From an uncultured Candidatus Binatia bacterium (GTDB lineage: Bacteria; Desulfobacterota; Binatia; UBA9968; JAJDTQ01), in contig OZ251459.1 of the NCBI GenBank assembly GCA_965242525.1, positions 1,120,001 to 1,184,000 of the forward strand: a stretch of DNA of 64,000 nucleotides. The letters run 5' to 3'. Positions 8,593 to 17,696 of this stretch are shown here, one piece after another. Every line of letters starts with the position of its first letter. Within the stretch, counting starts at the first letter, position 1. A program made the translations under genes and the position numbers. The notes under the pieces were generated by a model. It ran no database searches. It saw only the letters and a list, made by a program, of their open reading frames with translations, and was not told the origin of the DNA.

Positions 8593-11553
8593 CTACGCGA
8601 GGATCTCGTCTGCGGTGTGAAGGACACGGTAGCGCGCCGGCGACTCGCCGACTTGCAGCGCCTCGAAGTGCGCCTTGCCGCATTCCACCTTGGCCCGTTC
8701 GGCGTTCCGCAAGTCGTCCAGGAAGGCGCTGCCCTTGGTCTCGACCACCAGGTACAGCCGCTCGCCCTTGTCGTCCTCGATGAGCACGGCCCAATCGGGG
8801 TTGTAGGGGCCAAGCGGCGTCGGGACCTGGAACCAGCGGGGCAGCTTCGCATAGACCTTGACCGCGGTGAATTGCTCCAGCCTGGCCGCGAAGGCAGCCT
8901 CGTTGTCCGAGTCGTACACCACATGGTCGTAAACCGACTTCCTTGCCGCCATCGTGTTCTTGAGATAGCCGACCAGCTCTTCGTTTCGGAACAGTTCCTG
9001 GGCGAAGTAGTGTTCGTTGCCGAGCCGCTGGTACTTGATGCCTTCCACCAGGGCCAGGCGCTTGCGGCGGTTGACGGTTTCCGCGGCGACCTCGATGAAC
9101 CTGGTGGGATTGACGGCGAAGTCGTCCAGGCGTCCGCTTTCGATCAGGATGCGGGAGATGCTGCGCCGGGTCAGCCCCGTCCGGTCCTGCAAGTCCGATA
9201 GCAGGTCCGGCAAATCCGTGCCGGAATCGTCAACATACACGGCACCGGCTTCGCGCACTTCTCCCGCCACACCCCCGCGTCCCAGACTCAGGCCGCCCTG
9301 CCGCCATATCAAGCGAGGCCGCGGTATCGGCGGCGCGTCGGCGAGCGCTCGCGAGCAGGATTCGAGCATCCCCTCGTTGTCGAAGCGGACTCGAAAGGTC
9401 GTCCTGTGCTTGATGCGGTCCCAAAGGGCCTGGAACTCGGCGCCGTCCAGCACCGCCTCGCGGGGCTTCACTTGGCGGCGTTCGTCCGCCTGCCTTACCT
9501 TGATGCGGGTCGTGAACCTGCGCAACGTCCGGGTCACGGCTTCGCGCAACGGCTCGAATTCATCCGGCAGGACCACGCCATCGCCGTCCAGTGCTTCCTG
9601 CAACGCATCCAGGGCTTGCCCCTTGCCGTCCAGGTAGCCTTGCGAGACCAGATGATCCCAGAGCCGCTGCGATCGTTCGACGCCCAGAGGTCCGGCCTGG
9701 CCGTCCTCGTCCTCGACCACGATGGACGCGAACGAATGCCGTTCCACCAAACCGAACGGGACACCCGTCTCCTCCTCGATTTCCCGTTGCAGGTTCTCGG
9801 CGAACTCCTCGTAGCTCTCGCGGGCGACGACGGTCAGGGTGTTGACCTCGAACCCGCGCTGCCGTTCGCCCTCCTGGTTGACGCAAAGGCGCAAGCCCCG
9901 GCCGATGGTCTGACGGCGCTCCCGTTCCGTCGAAATGTCCCGCAGGGCGCAGATCTGGAACACGTTGGGATTGTCCCAGCCTTCGCGCAACGCCGAATGC
10001 GAGAAAATGAACTGCAAGGGCTCCTCGAAGCCGAGCAGCCTCTCCTTGTCCCGCATGATGAGACGGTACGCGCGTTCGGCGTTGTCGCGGTTGGCTTGGT
10101 TGTTCTCCTCGGTATCGGTCCAGCCGCCTCGGCGATCGACGGAAAAGTAGCCTTCGTGGGCGTGTTCCGCGGCCTCCTGCACGTCCACGCCCTCGAACAG
10201 CGCCCGGTACTCTGGCCGATTCGCGGCCCGCCGGTACTCGTCCTCGAAGATGCGCGCGTACTCGCCCTTGACGGGGTTGCCGTTGGCGTCGTAGCGCCGG
10301 TAATGCCCCACCTTGTCGATGAAGAAGAGCGTGAGCACCTTGATGCGCTGCGCCCGGAGCCGCATCTCCTTGTCCAGGTGCTCGCGGATCGTCTTGCGCA
10401 TCATCTCCCGGTGAACGGCCACCGGGTCCACGCCGCCGTGGATGTCCCCGGGCCGCATCCAGTGCTCGTCGTCCGGCAGCCGCAGTTCCAGGTACTCGTT
10501 GCCGCGCTGGACGCGGATCTCGCCGATTCGATGACCGCGGTACACCTCGCGGCGCGTCTTCTGCTCCAATTCGTCGCCATCGGTGACCTTCCGCGTGACG
10601 CGCCGCACGCCGCCTCCCGGGGTCGCCGCGTCCACCTCGACTTCGGCCCAGATGACTCCCCGCTGCCGGCGCGTGGCCACCAGGCGGACATAGGGCCGGT
10701 TGTGGTCGTCCGCGACCACTCCCGCGGCTACCTCGATCTGCTTCACCAGCTTGCGCTCGTAAGCGTCCACCGCGTTGAGCCGATAGACCATGTGGTGTTC
10801 GTCCGCGTGGGTGGCCGAGTAGCGCAGGGTGCAGAGCGGGTTCATCATCGCAAGCGCCTGCCGCCCTTGTCCCTTCAAGCCGCCGTCCACGCTTTGCGGC
10901 TCGTCCACGATCAGCACCGGGTTGGTGGCCCGCACCAGGTCGATGGGCTTCTCGCCGCCGGTCTTCTCGTTGGGCTGGTAGATGTTGTTGACGTCGCGCT
11001 TGTTGATGGCGCCGACCGTCACCACCATGACCTGCACTTGCGGGCTGGCGGCGAAGTTCCGAACCTGCCCCAGCTTGGTGGAGTCATATACGAAGTGCTC
11101 GAACGGCGTGCCCGAATACAGGGCGCGGAGGTGCGGCCCCATGATGTCCAGCGACTTGTTGACGCCTTCCTTGATGGCCACAGACGGCGCCACGATGACG
11201 AACTTCGTGAACCCGTACCGATGGTTGAGCTCGAAAATCGTCCGCAGATAGACGTAGGTCTTGCCGGTGCCGGTCTCCATCTCCACCGTGAAGTCGCGGG
11301 ATTCGAGCGACTCCGCCGGCAACAGGCCGTTGCGCAATTGCACTTGCCGAAGGTTGGCCAGCAGCGACTCGTCCGATAGCTGAAGCAGGTTCCCGACGCC
11401 GAGACCGCCTTCCTGGAGTCCCAGTAGCCGGGCCGTGAGGCTGCGGGATACCGTGAACTCCGTGCGGCAGGTCTCCTGGCCCTGGAACAAATCGCGGACG
11501 GCCGCGATGGCGTCCTGTTGATAGTCCAGGTCCGGCTCGAATCGCAGTTTCAT
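8593..11553 (-). CDS. res: Type III restriction-modification system endonuclease (Res)
   Basis: METGTGKT, DEPQ, LRYSATH, FSHSALREGWDNPNVFQIC, QTIGRGLRL, C-terminal YNPDW...VVETKG; TGATG overlap with mod. Confidence 0.96.
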   Translation of the reverse strand: MKLRFEPDLDYQQDAIAAVRDLFQGQETCRTEFTVSRSLTARLLGLQEGGLGVGNLLQLSDESLLANLRQVQLRNGLLPAESLESRDFTVEMETGTGKTYVYLRTIFELNHRYGFTKFVIVAPSVAIKEGVNKSLDIMGPHLRALYSGTPFEHFVYDSTKLGQVRNFAASPQVQVMVVTVGAINKRDVNNIYQPNEKTGGEKPIDLVRATNPVLIVDEPQSVDGGLKGQGRQALAMMNPLCTLRYSATHADEHHMVYRLNAVDAYERKLVKQIEVAAGVVADDHNRPYVRLVATRRQRGVIWAEVEVDAATPGGGVRRVTRKVTDGDELEQKTRREVYRGHRIGEIRVQRGNEYLELRLPDDEHWMRPGDIHGGVDPVAVHREMMRKTIREHLDKEMRLRAQRIKVLTLFFIDKVGHYRRYDANGNPVKGEYARIFEDEYRRAANRPEYRALFEGVDVQEAAEHAHEGYFSVDRRGGWTDTEENNQANRDNAERAYRLIMRDKERLLGFEEPLQFIFSHSALREGWDNPNVFQICALRDISTERERRQTIGRGLRLCVNQEGERQRGFEVNTLTVVARESYEEFAENLQREIEEETGVPFGLVERHSFASIVVEDEDGQAGPLGVERSQRLWDHLVSQGYLDGKGQALDALQEALDGDGVVLPDEFEPLREAVTRTLRRFTTRIKVRQADERRQVKPREAVLDGAEFQALWDRIKHRTTFRVRFDNEGMLESCSRALADAPPIPRPRLIWRQGGLSLGRGGVAGEVREAGAVYVDDSGTDLPDLLSDLQDRTGLTRRSISRILIESGRLDDFAVNPTRFIEVAAETVNRRKRLALVEGIKYQRLGNEHYFAQELFRNEELVGYLKNTMAARKSVYDHVVYDSDNEAAFAARLEQFTAVKVYAKLPRWFQVPTPLGPYNPDWAVLIEDDKGERLYLVVETKGSAFLDDLRNAERAKVECGKAHFEALQVGESPARYRVLHTADEILA

Positions 11554-13448
11554 CACAGGCTCCGCACGTCCTTGACGCCGTATTGCCGCAGGACCTCCGT
11601 CATGTTCGCCTTGGCCACGTCGTCCTCGAAGGCGCCGTCCCGGAAGACCACGGAGATGTCTTCCGCCTCCTTCATCTCGTCCCGCCACGCGACGATGCCC
11701 AAGGCCAACTCATCCACTTCGGGGCCTTCGATGGAGTCCGCGAGGCAGGCCACCAAGGCGCCGTCGGCGACGGCGTTGACGCGCTTGCCGGCGATCTCGC
11801 GTTGCTCCACCGGAGCGCAAAGGTCGAAACCGAGCTTGAGCAGCAGCTCGTGGAACAGGTCGTCCTCGCTGCGGTCCGGCTTGATGTGGTCAACGTAGTC
11901 GAGAAGGGATTGGGGCATGTTGGTCCGATCCGGCTCCCATGCCCGGATGTTGGAACTGTCGAGCTTGAACACGCGGAAGCCGAGATCCATCTCTACGGCC
12001 GGCTCCGAACCCAGGAGTGCCGACGTGCGGCGCAGTCTCTCCTTGGTCAGTTCCGACAGATTGTGACGCTTGCCGGCGTTCTCCAGAAACTCGGCGGCCA
12101 TTTGATGTCCGTTGTTGTCTTCGTCAACGGGTTCCGGAAACTGCACCAGGAAATAGCGGCGTTTGCCGCCGTCCTCCACGTTTTGCGCCATGACGGCATG
12201 GCCCGTCGTGCCGGACCCCGCGAAAAAGTCCAGCACGATGGCATCTCTATCGTTGGCGAGTTGCAGCAGATACCGAACGAGGCGGGTCGGCTTGGGTTGC
12301 GGAAACACCTTGTCAGCGCCCAACACCTCCCGAAGCTCCCTGGTGCCTTCCGCATTGAATCCGACGTCCTTGGGGTCGAGAACGGTGTCGGGAGGCACGC
12401 CTTCCTGCACCTCGGCCAGGTAGCGCTTCGCCTTGGGCTCGCCGCGCTCGAACGCTATCCTGTTTTCCCGATCCATTCTTGTGAGCGTGTCGGGCGCGTA
12501 TGCAGGATAGCGTCCCTTGGGCGGCTCCCACACCACGCCGTTCGCGAACTCGTGCCGGTACGGTGTGTAGTAGTTGCGCGCGTGAAGCGGATCGAGTTTG
12601 TAGGGGCCGCGCCCGTCGCCGTCGTCGTGAGGATAGTTCCCGGACTTGTCCTGCGGTTGGCGAATGTACCGCTCTGGCGATTCTTCGAACCACGCCTTGT
12701 TGCGCCCGTACACGAGCAGATAGTCGGCGTGCAGGTTGAAATCCTTGCTCGAATTGCGAACCGTGTGCATGGCGCGCCGCGTCAGGACGGCAAAGCGGTT
12801 CTCCTCGCCCAAAAGCTCGTCCATCATCTTCTGCAGGTTGGAAAGTTCCCCTTGGTCGATGGACACCGCGATGATGCCGTCTTCCCGCAGAAGGGTGTGC
12901 GCGATCTTCAACCGCGGGTACATCATGTTCAACCAGTTCGTATGAAACCGGCCGGAGGTCTCGGTGTTCGAGCATAGCTTGTCGCCGTTGCCGTCGAGCT
13001 GTCCGGTGATCTTGAGGTAGTTCGTTACCCCGTCCCTGTGGTTGTCACGATATACGAAATCCTTGCCGGTGTTGTAGGGCGGGTCAATGTAGATGAGCTT
13101 CACCTGGTTGGTGTAGCTCTTTTGCAACAGCTTGAGCACCTCCAGGTTGTCGCCTTCGATCATCATGTTCTGCGTCGAGTCCCACTCGACGCTCTCCTCG
13201 GGGCATGGGCGCAACGTGCCGGTGCTCGACGTCAGCGCCAATCGGCGGGCGCGGCGCTTGCCGTGCCAGCCAAGGCCGTACTTCTCATCGCTCTCGTCAA
13301 CGGCGTCGCCGAGCAATTCGCGCAGGACGGCGAAATCCACCTTGCCTTCGGTGAACGCTTCCGGGAAGAGGCGAGCCAACTGCGCGATGTTGTCCGCCAC
13401 CAGGTCAGCGGAACGGCTCTCGGGGTCTTCTTCGGTGATTCGCTTCAT
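11553..13448 (-). CDS. mod: Type III restriction-modification system adenine methyltransferase (Mod)
   Basis: IEGDNLEVLKLL, IYIDPPYNTG, WLNMMYPRL, PKP, VLDFFAGSGTTGHAV, DLGFRVFKL. Confidence 0.96.
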   Translation of the reverse strand: MKRITEEDPESRSADLVADNIAQLARLFPEAFTEGKVDFAVLRELLGDAVDESDEKYGLGWHGKRRARRLALTSSTGTLRPCPEESVEWDSTQNMMIEGDNLEVLKLLQKSYTNQVKLIYIDPPYNTGKDFVYRDNHRDGVTNYLKITGQLDGNGDKLCSNTETSGRFHTNWLNMMYPRLKIAHTLLREDGIIAVSIDQGELSNLQKMMDELLGEENRFAVLTRRAMHTVRNSSKDFNLHADYLLVYGRNKAWFEESPERYIRQPQDKSGNYPHDDGDGRGPYKLDPLHARNYYTPYRHEFANGVVWEPPKGRYPAYAPDTLTRMDRENRIAFERGEPKAKRYLAEVQEGVPPDTVLDPKDVGFNAEGTRELREVLGADKVFPQPKPTRLVRYLLQLANDRDAIVLDFFAGSGTTGHAVMAQNVEDGGKRRYFLVQFPEPVDEDNNGHQMAAEFLENAGKRHNLSELTKERLRRTSALLGSEPAVEMDLGFRVFKLDSSNIRAWEPDRTNMPQSLLDYVDHIKPDRSEDDLFHELLLKLGFDLCAPVEQREIAGKRVNAVADGALVACLADSIEGPEVDELALGIVAWRDEMKEAEDISVVFRDGAFEDDVAKANMTEVLRQYGVKDVRSL

Positions 13449-13529
13449 CGGATACCTCGCTACGCTCGCGGGAACACGGGCTGGCAGGGGCTCCCCAGGT
13501 CAAGGCGACCGACGGCTTGCCTTCGGGCG

Positions 13530-14246
13530 TCACTGGAACGGGTCCCGAGACTTCAGCCTAACGGCATCGGGCCGCAGGTGCAACCAGAAGGACAGCAGCA
13601 GGTAATAGGCAGGGAAGAAGAGCGACGCCTCCGCCAACCCGTAAGGGGGGTCCGGCAGGGAGTACACGACCGTGATGCAGAGCGCGCCCCAGATGGTCCC
13701 CAAGGTGAGGGTGAGTCGCTGCAGGACGGCGTTCCGGCTCGGATACAGGTATCGGACCGGCACGAAGACCATCACCGACAACAGGACGAGCACGAAGGCG
13801 TTGAGCCGGGGGCCGGTGTCCAGCACGAAACAGTAGAAGGCCGCCACGTTCCAGTAGGAGGGGAAACCCAGGAAGAAGTGGTCGGAGGTCTTGGCGTTGG
13901 TTTGCGAGAAGCCGTAGGCGCTCGCCATCAAGGGCAGGCACGCAATCCACGACCCGTAGCCCGCAGGCAGCAGTTCCGCCCGGAGCAGCAGGAAGCAGGG
14001 GACGAAGACGTAGTTGAGGTAGTCCACCACGTCGTCCAGCCGGGCGCCGTCCACCCCCGGCAGCGCTTCCTTCACTCGCGCAGCACGAGCGAGAGTACCG
14101 TCGGTGGCGTCCAGGAGCAGCGCCAAGCCCATGAGCGCCAGGGCCTCGCGGTAACGGCCCTGGGCCACCATCGCCGCGGTGAACAGGGCCACGGCCGCGC
14201 CCAGGGCCGTGTAGAGGTGCACCAGCCAGGCAAGCAACCGCCGCAT
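13530..14246 (-). CDS. pcs: Phosphatidylcholine synthase / CDP-alcohol phosphatidyltransferase
   Basis: AWLVHLYTALG, DATDGTLAR...DGARLDDVVDYLNYVFVP, FLGFPSYWNV. Confidence 0.85.
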   Translation of the reverse strand: MRRLLAWLVHLYTALGAAVALFTAAMVAQGRYREALALMGLALLLDATDGTLARAARVKEALPGVDGARLDDVVDYLNYVFVPCFLLLRAELLPAGYGSWIACLPLMASAYGFSQTNAKTSDHFFLGFPSYWNVAAFYCFVLDTGPRLNAFVLVLLSVMVFVPVRYLYPSRNAVLQRLTLTLGTIWGALCITVVYSLPDPPYGLAEASLFFPAYYLLLSFWLHLRPDAVRLKSRDPFQ

Positions 14247-14383
14247 GTCGTGTACTCGGGCTTCCGCTTACGGGGTGCGGGAGACTGTCTTCTCCCAGGG
14301 TTTCGGCGCCGACGAGGCCAGACATCCCTCGCCGCGGTTCCGGGCTCGACCCGGAAACCGGGGTTCCCTGCCCGGACCGGTTC

Positions 14384-14986
14384 CTAGTTCCGGGTGGCTG
14401 CGTAGCTGGCCCTGGCGCGCAGCCGTTCGATCCAGGCGGCCACGTTCTTGTAGTCCGGGTCCAGGGGCACCTCGAACCGTTCCAGCAGGGCGACGTTGGG
14501 CATGAAGGAGATGTCGGCGAGGCTGAACGAGCCGGCCAGGTACTCCCTGCCTTGCAGTTGCCTCTCGACCGCGGTGAAGGCGGACCCGATGTTGCTCTGG
14601 GCCTCCCGGACCAGCGCCGGGTCGCGTTCCGGTTCCGGCTTCCGGTATTCGTGGATCAGCGTGACGAAGTGGGGGTTGACCCGGTTGTCGCGGTAGTCCT
14701 CCATCAGACGCGCCCGGGCGCGGTTCTCGGAATCCGCGGGCAGCAGGGCCGGATGCGGGTACTCGTCCTCCAGGTACTCGTTGATGACCGTGGAGTCATA
14801 GACGATGAAACCGTCGTCGTCGAGGGCGGGCACTTGGCCCAGGGGATGGATCTTCAGGTACGCCGGGTCCTTCTGCTCCTTCCGGGTCAGGTCGATGACC
14901 ACGCTCTCGAACTCCAGCCCCTTTTCCATCAGGGCGATGCGCACCTTCAACGAGTTCGTCGACGGCGGAAAGTGGTAGAGTTTCAT
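14384..14986 (-). CDS. Glutathione S-transferase family protein
   Basis: MKLYH, HPLGQVPAL, DSTVINEYLED, YLAGSFSLADI; GGAGG SD. Confidence 0.93.
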   Translation of the reverse strand: MKLYHFPPSTNSLKVRIALMEKGLEFESVVIDLTRKEQKDPAYLKIHPLGQVPALDDDGFIVYDSTVINEYLEDEYPHPALLPADSENRARARLMEDYRDNRVNPHFVTLIHEYRKPEPERDPALVREAQSNIGSAFTAVERQLQGREYLAGSFSLADISFMPNVALLERFEVPLDPDYKNVAAWIERLRARASYAATRN

Positions 14987-15149
14987 GTACCCGGACCTCC
15001 TGCTGTCCCCGCGTCTATGCTGTCCCCGCGTCCGGCCGGGACGATAGCACAAACGGGTTGGCAGGACTACCGGACCGGCGGGGGAGGCCGCGGCGGCCCG
15101 TGGTCCGCGGCCGCGGGGAAGGGGGGCAACCGGGGGAACCGGCGCCGCG

Positions 15150-16118
15150 TCAGACCGGCAGGCCCAGCCGCCGGACGCTTTCCACGTAGTCCCTGATTCC
15201 GGCGTCCAGGTCGTACTGCGGGGCGTAGCCCAGTTGCTCCCGGGCCTTGCCGATGTCGAAGACGCAGTAGCTCTGCTTGTAGCCGTCGCGGAAGTCCAGG
15301 CCCGGGCCGATGTCGATCCTGGCCTCCGGGAACAGGCGTTGCAGCACCTCGCCGAAATCCTTGAGGGTGACGCCCCGGCCGGCGCCCACGTTGAAGGTCC
15401 ATTGGGTGAGGCCCTCGGCCTCCAGGGCCAGCGCAACGGAACGGGCCACGTCCCCCACGTACACCACGTCGTTGCGCTGGTCGCCGCCCCGGGGGACCGC
15501 CACGTCCCGCCCGGCCATGGCGTCCTCGATGATCTTCCCGTACAGGGCCAGCACCCCGTGCCGGGCGAGCTTTCCCGGACCGTAGATGGAGGGGTAGCGC
15601 AGGGCCACGAACTCCACGCCGTAGCGTCTGCGGTAGTAGGCGCCCAGGGCCTCCGAGCACACCTTGGTGACGCCGTACAGGTCCGATGGGTCCGGCGCAT
15701 GGGACTCGTCCAGGGGCGCGAACTCCGGGTGCCCGTGGCGGCCGCGGATGTCGCCGGTGACCGCGTTGGAGCTGGTATAGACCACGCGCCGGACGTTGCA
15801 CGCCCGGGCCGCTTCCAGCACGTTCAGGGTCCCGTCCACTCCCACGGCTACGGCGAGGCGGGGATTGGCCTCGGCCGGCCCGGGCATGAGCGCGGCCATG
15901 TGCGCCACGTGGGTGACCGCATGGGCCGCCACCACTTCCCGCAACGCCGCGCCGTCCCGCACGTCGCCGGTGACCAGGTCCACGCGGTCCTCGATGTCCG
16001 CGACCAGGGAAAGGTCCACGCGGTTATCCAGCAGCACCGGGCGCTGTCCCCGGGCCACCAGGAGGCGCGCCGCGGCCGCTCCGTTCACGCCGGTGCCGCC
16101 GGTGATGAGAACCTTCAT
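15150..16118 (-). CDS. NAD-dependent epimerase/dehydratase (extended SDR)
   Basis: LITGGTGVNG, YTSS, YGVTK, IYGPG. Confidence 0.92.
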   Translation of the reverse strand: MKVLITGGTGVNGAAAARLLVARGQRPVLLDNRVDLSLVADIEDRVDLVTGDVRDGAALREVVAAHAVTHVAHMAALMPGPAEANPRLAVAVGVDGTLNVLEAARACNVRRVVYTSSNAVTGDIRGRHGHPEFAPLDESHAPDPSDLYGVTKVCSEALGAYYRRRYGVEFVALRYPSIYGPGKLARHGVLALYGKIIEDAMAGRDVAVPRGGDQRNDVVYVGDVARSVALALEAEGLTQWTFNVGAGRGVTLKDFGEVLQRLFPEARIDIGPGLDFRDGYKQSYCVFDIGKAREQLGYAPQYDLDAGIRDYVESVRRLGLPV

Positions 16119-16160
16119 GCCAACCCCACCTTCAGGCACCTCCGAACGATCGAGACATCC

Positions 16161-16332
16161 GGGATGGATTCCCTCGCCCCGACACTCCTGTCTCCATTCA
16201 CCCTGATCCTCCCGTCCCCGTTCGTCCTGACCCTCTCATCCCCGTTCGCCCTGATCCTCCCGTCTCCATTCGCCCTGACACTCCCGTCCCCGTTCGTCCT
16301 GAGCGTAGCGTAGCGAAGTCGAAGGACGCGCT
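16161..16332 (+). repeat. Repeat family copy 3 with five tandem 24-bp units (16185-16304) running into the core (16290-16327)
   Basis: Unit ctcccgtccccgttcgtcctgaNN, five degenerate copies; 5' part ggatggattccctc matches copy 1. Confidence 0.9.
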
Positions 16333-16403
16333 CACGCCCTCCGATCGTCCGGATGTTCCTTTAGCCGCTTACGGTGCATCATGCAATCCGTTATATTGGC
16401 TCC

Positions 16404-17144
16404 ATGATGTACCGGACCCAGCCGGCCTACGGCTCGTTCAGCTTCGGGGGGCCGGTGACCCCCGCGGTCAAGTGGCTGCTGGCGGTCAACGTCGCGGTGT
16501 TCGTGCTGCAGCTTCCCTGGCTGGCGGGCCGCCCGCTGCTGTGGATCTTCGGCCTGGTCCCCCGGCTGGTGTGGCAGGACTTCCACGTGTGGCAGCTCTT
16601 CACCTACCAGTTCCTCCATTTCGGGTTGTTCCACATCCTGTTCAACATGCTCGCCCTGTGGATGTTCGGCTGCGACCTGGAGCGGGCGTGGGGAACGCGC
16701 CCCTTCCTCAAGTACTACTGGGTGTCGGTCGTGGGGGGCGGCCTGTGCGTGCTGCTCCTGGAGCCCAACCAGGCCATACCCACCATCGGCGCCTCGGCCG
16801 GCATCTACGGGGTCCTGCTCGCCTACGGGCGGCTCTACCCCGACAACGTGATCTACCTCTACCTGCTGTTCCCCATCCGGATGAAGTACTTCGTGCTCAT
16901 CATCGGCGCCATCGCCTTCTTCTCGTCCCTCAGCCCGGGGAACTCCGGCATCTCCCACCTGGGCCACCTCGGGGGCATGCTGTTCGGCTACGTCTATCTC
17001 CGGTGGGGGTACGCGCTGCGCTGGCGGCGCACCTGGGCCACGGTCAAGCAACAGTACTACCTCTTCCGGCTGGCCCGCCTGAAGCGGCGGTTCCGCGTCA
17101 TCGACGGGAACAGGAAAGACGACGAGCCTCCCACCCTGCACTGA
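16404..17144 (+). CDS. Rhomboid family intramembrane serine protease
   Basis: WQLFTYQFLH, HILFNMLALW, GASA (catalytic Ser), HLGG (catalytic His). Confidence 0.94.
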   Translation: MMYRTQPAYGSFSFGGPVTPAVKWLLAVNVAVFVLQLPWLAGRPLLWIFGLVPRLVWQDFHVWQLFTYQFLHFGLFHILFNMLALWMFGCDLERAWGTRPFLKYYWVSVVGGGLCVLLLEPNQAIPTIGASAGIYGVLLAYGRLYPDNVIYLYLLFPIRMKYFVLIIGAIAFFSSLSPGNSGISHLGHLGGMLFGYVYLRWGYALRWRRTWATVKQQYYLFRLARLKRRFRVIDGNRKDDEPPTLH

Positions 17145-17163
17145 TCCGCCGCCCCGGGGCAGG

Positions 17164-17583
17164 TCACTCGGCCGGGTCGGGCCGCCGCGCCTTCTTGAGC
17201 TCGCCCCGCATGCGCTTGTCATCGAGCCGCCGCTGCCTGGACGCCGGGGACGGCGTGGTCCTGCGGCGGGGCGCCGGCGGTTCCGCGGCTTTGCGGACCA
17301 GCTTGACCAGGCGCTCCAGGGCGTCGTCCCGGTTGCGGGACTGGTCCCGGTAACGCCGCGCCTCGATGGTCAGGACCCCGCGCTTGTCCACCCGCGCGCC
17401 GCCCAGGCGCAGGAGCCGTTGCCGCACCGCCTCGGGCAGCGAGGGGGAGCCCGCGGCGTCGAACCGGAGTTGCACCGCGGTGGACGTCTTGTTCACGTTC
17501 TGCCCGCCGGGGCCGGAGGCGCGGATGAAGCGCTCTTCGATCTCGCGCTCGTCCAGTTGGATACGGCTGGTGATTCGCAGCAT
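17164..17583 (-). CDS. arfB: Alternative ribosome-rescue peptidyl-tRNA hydrolase ArfB (YaeJ)
   Basis: FIRASGPGGQNVNKTSTAVQLRF, RDQSRNR, basic C-terminal tail. Confidence 0.95.
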   Translation of the reverse strand: MLRITSRIQLDEREIEERFIRASGPGGQNVNKTSTAVQLRFDAAGSPSLPEAVRQRLLRLGGARVDKRGVLTIEARRYRDQSRNRDDALERLVKLVRKAAEPPAPRRRTTPSPASRQRRLDDKRMRGELKKARRPDPAE

Positions 17584-17696
17584 GTCTCGGAGGGTCCGGG
17601 GCCACAGGCGTAGCAGAGGGTCACACGTGTAGCAGATGGAGCCGCGCCGTGCGAGCACGGCTCCGCCGGGGGCAACCAACCGGTCGAGGAGGGTCC

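Noticed and set aside
11553-13448. Phase-variable mod gene
   Set aside because: No simple-sequence repeat tract seen in the ORF or leader; the frame is intact
16185-16304. 24-bp array as a mini-CRISPR or coding repeat
   Set aside because: Units are head to tail with no spacers; the LPSPFVL reading belongs to an antisense shadow ORF
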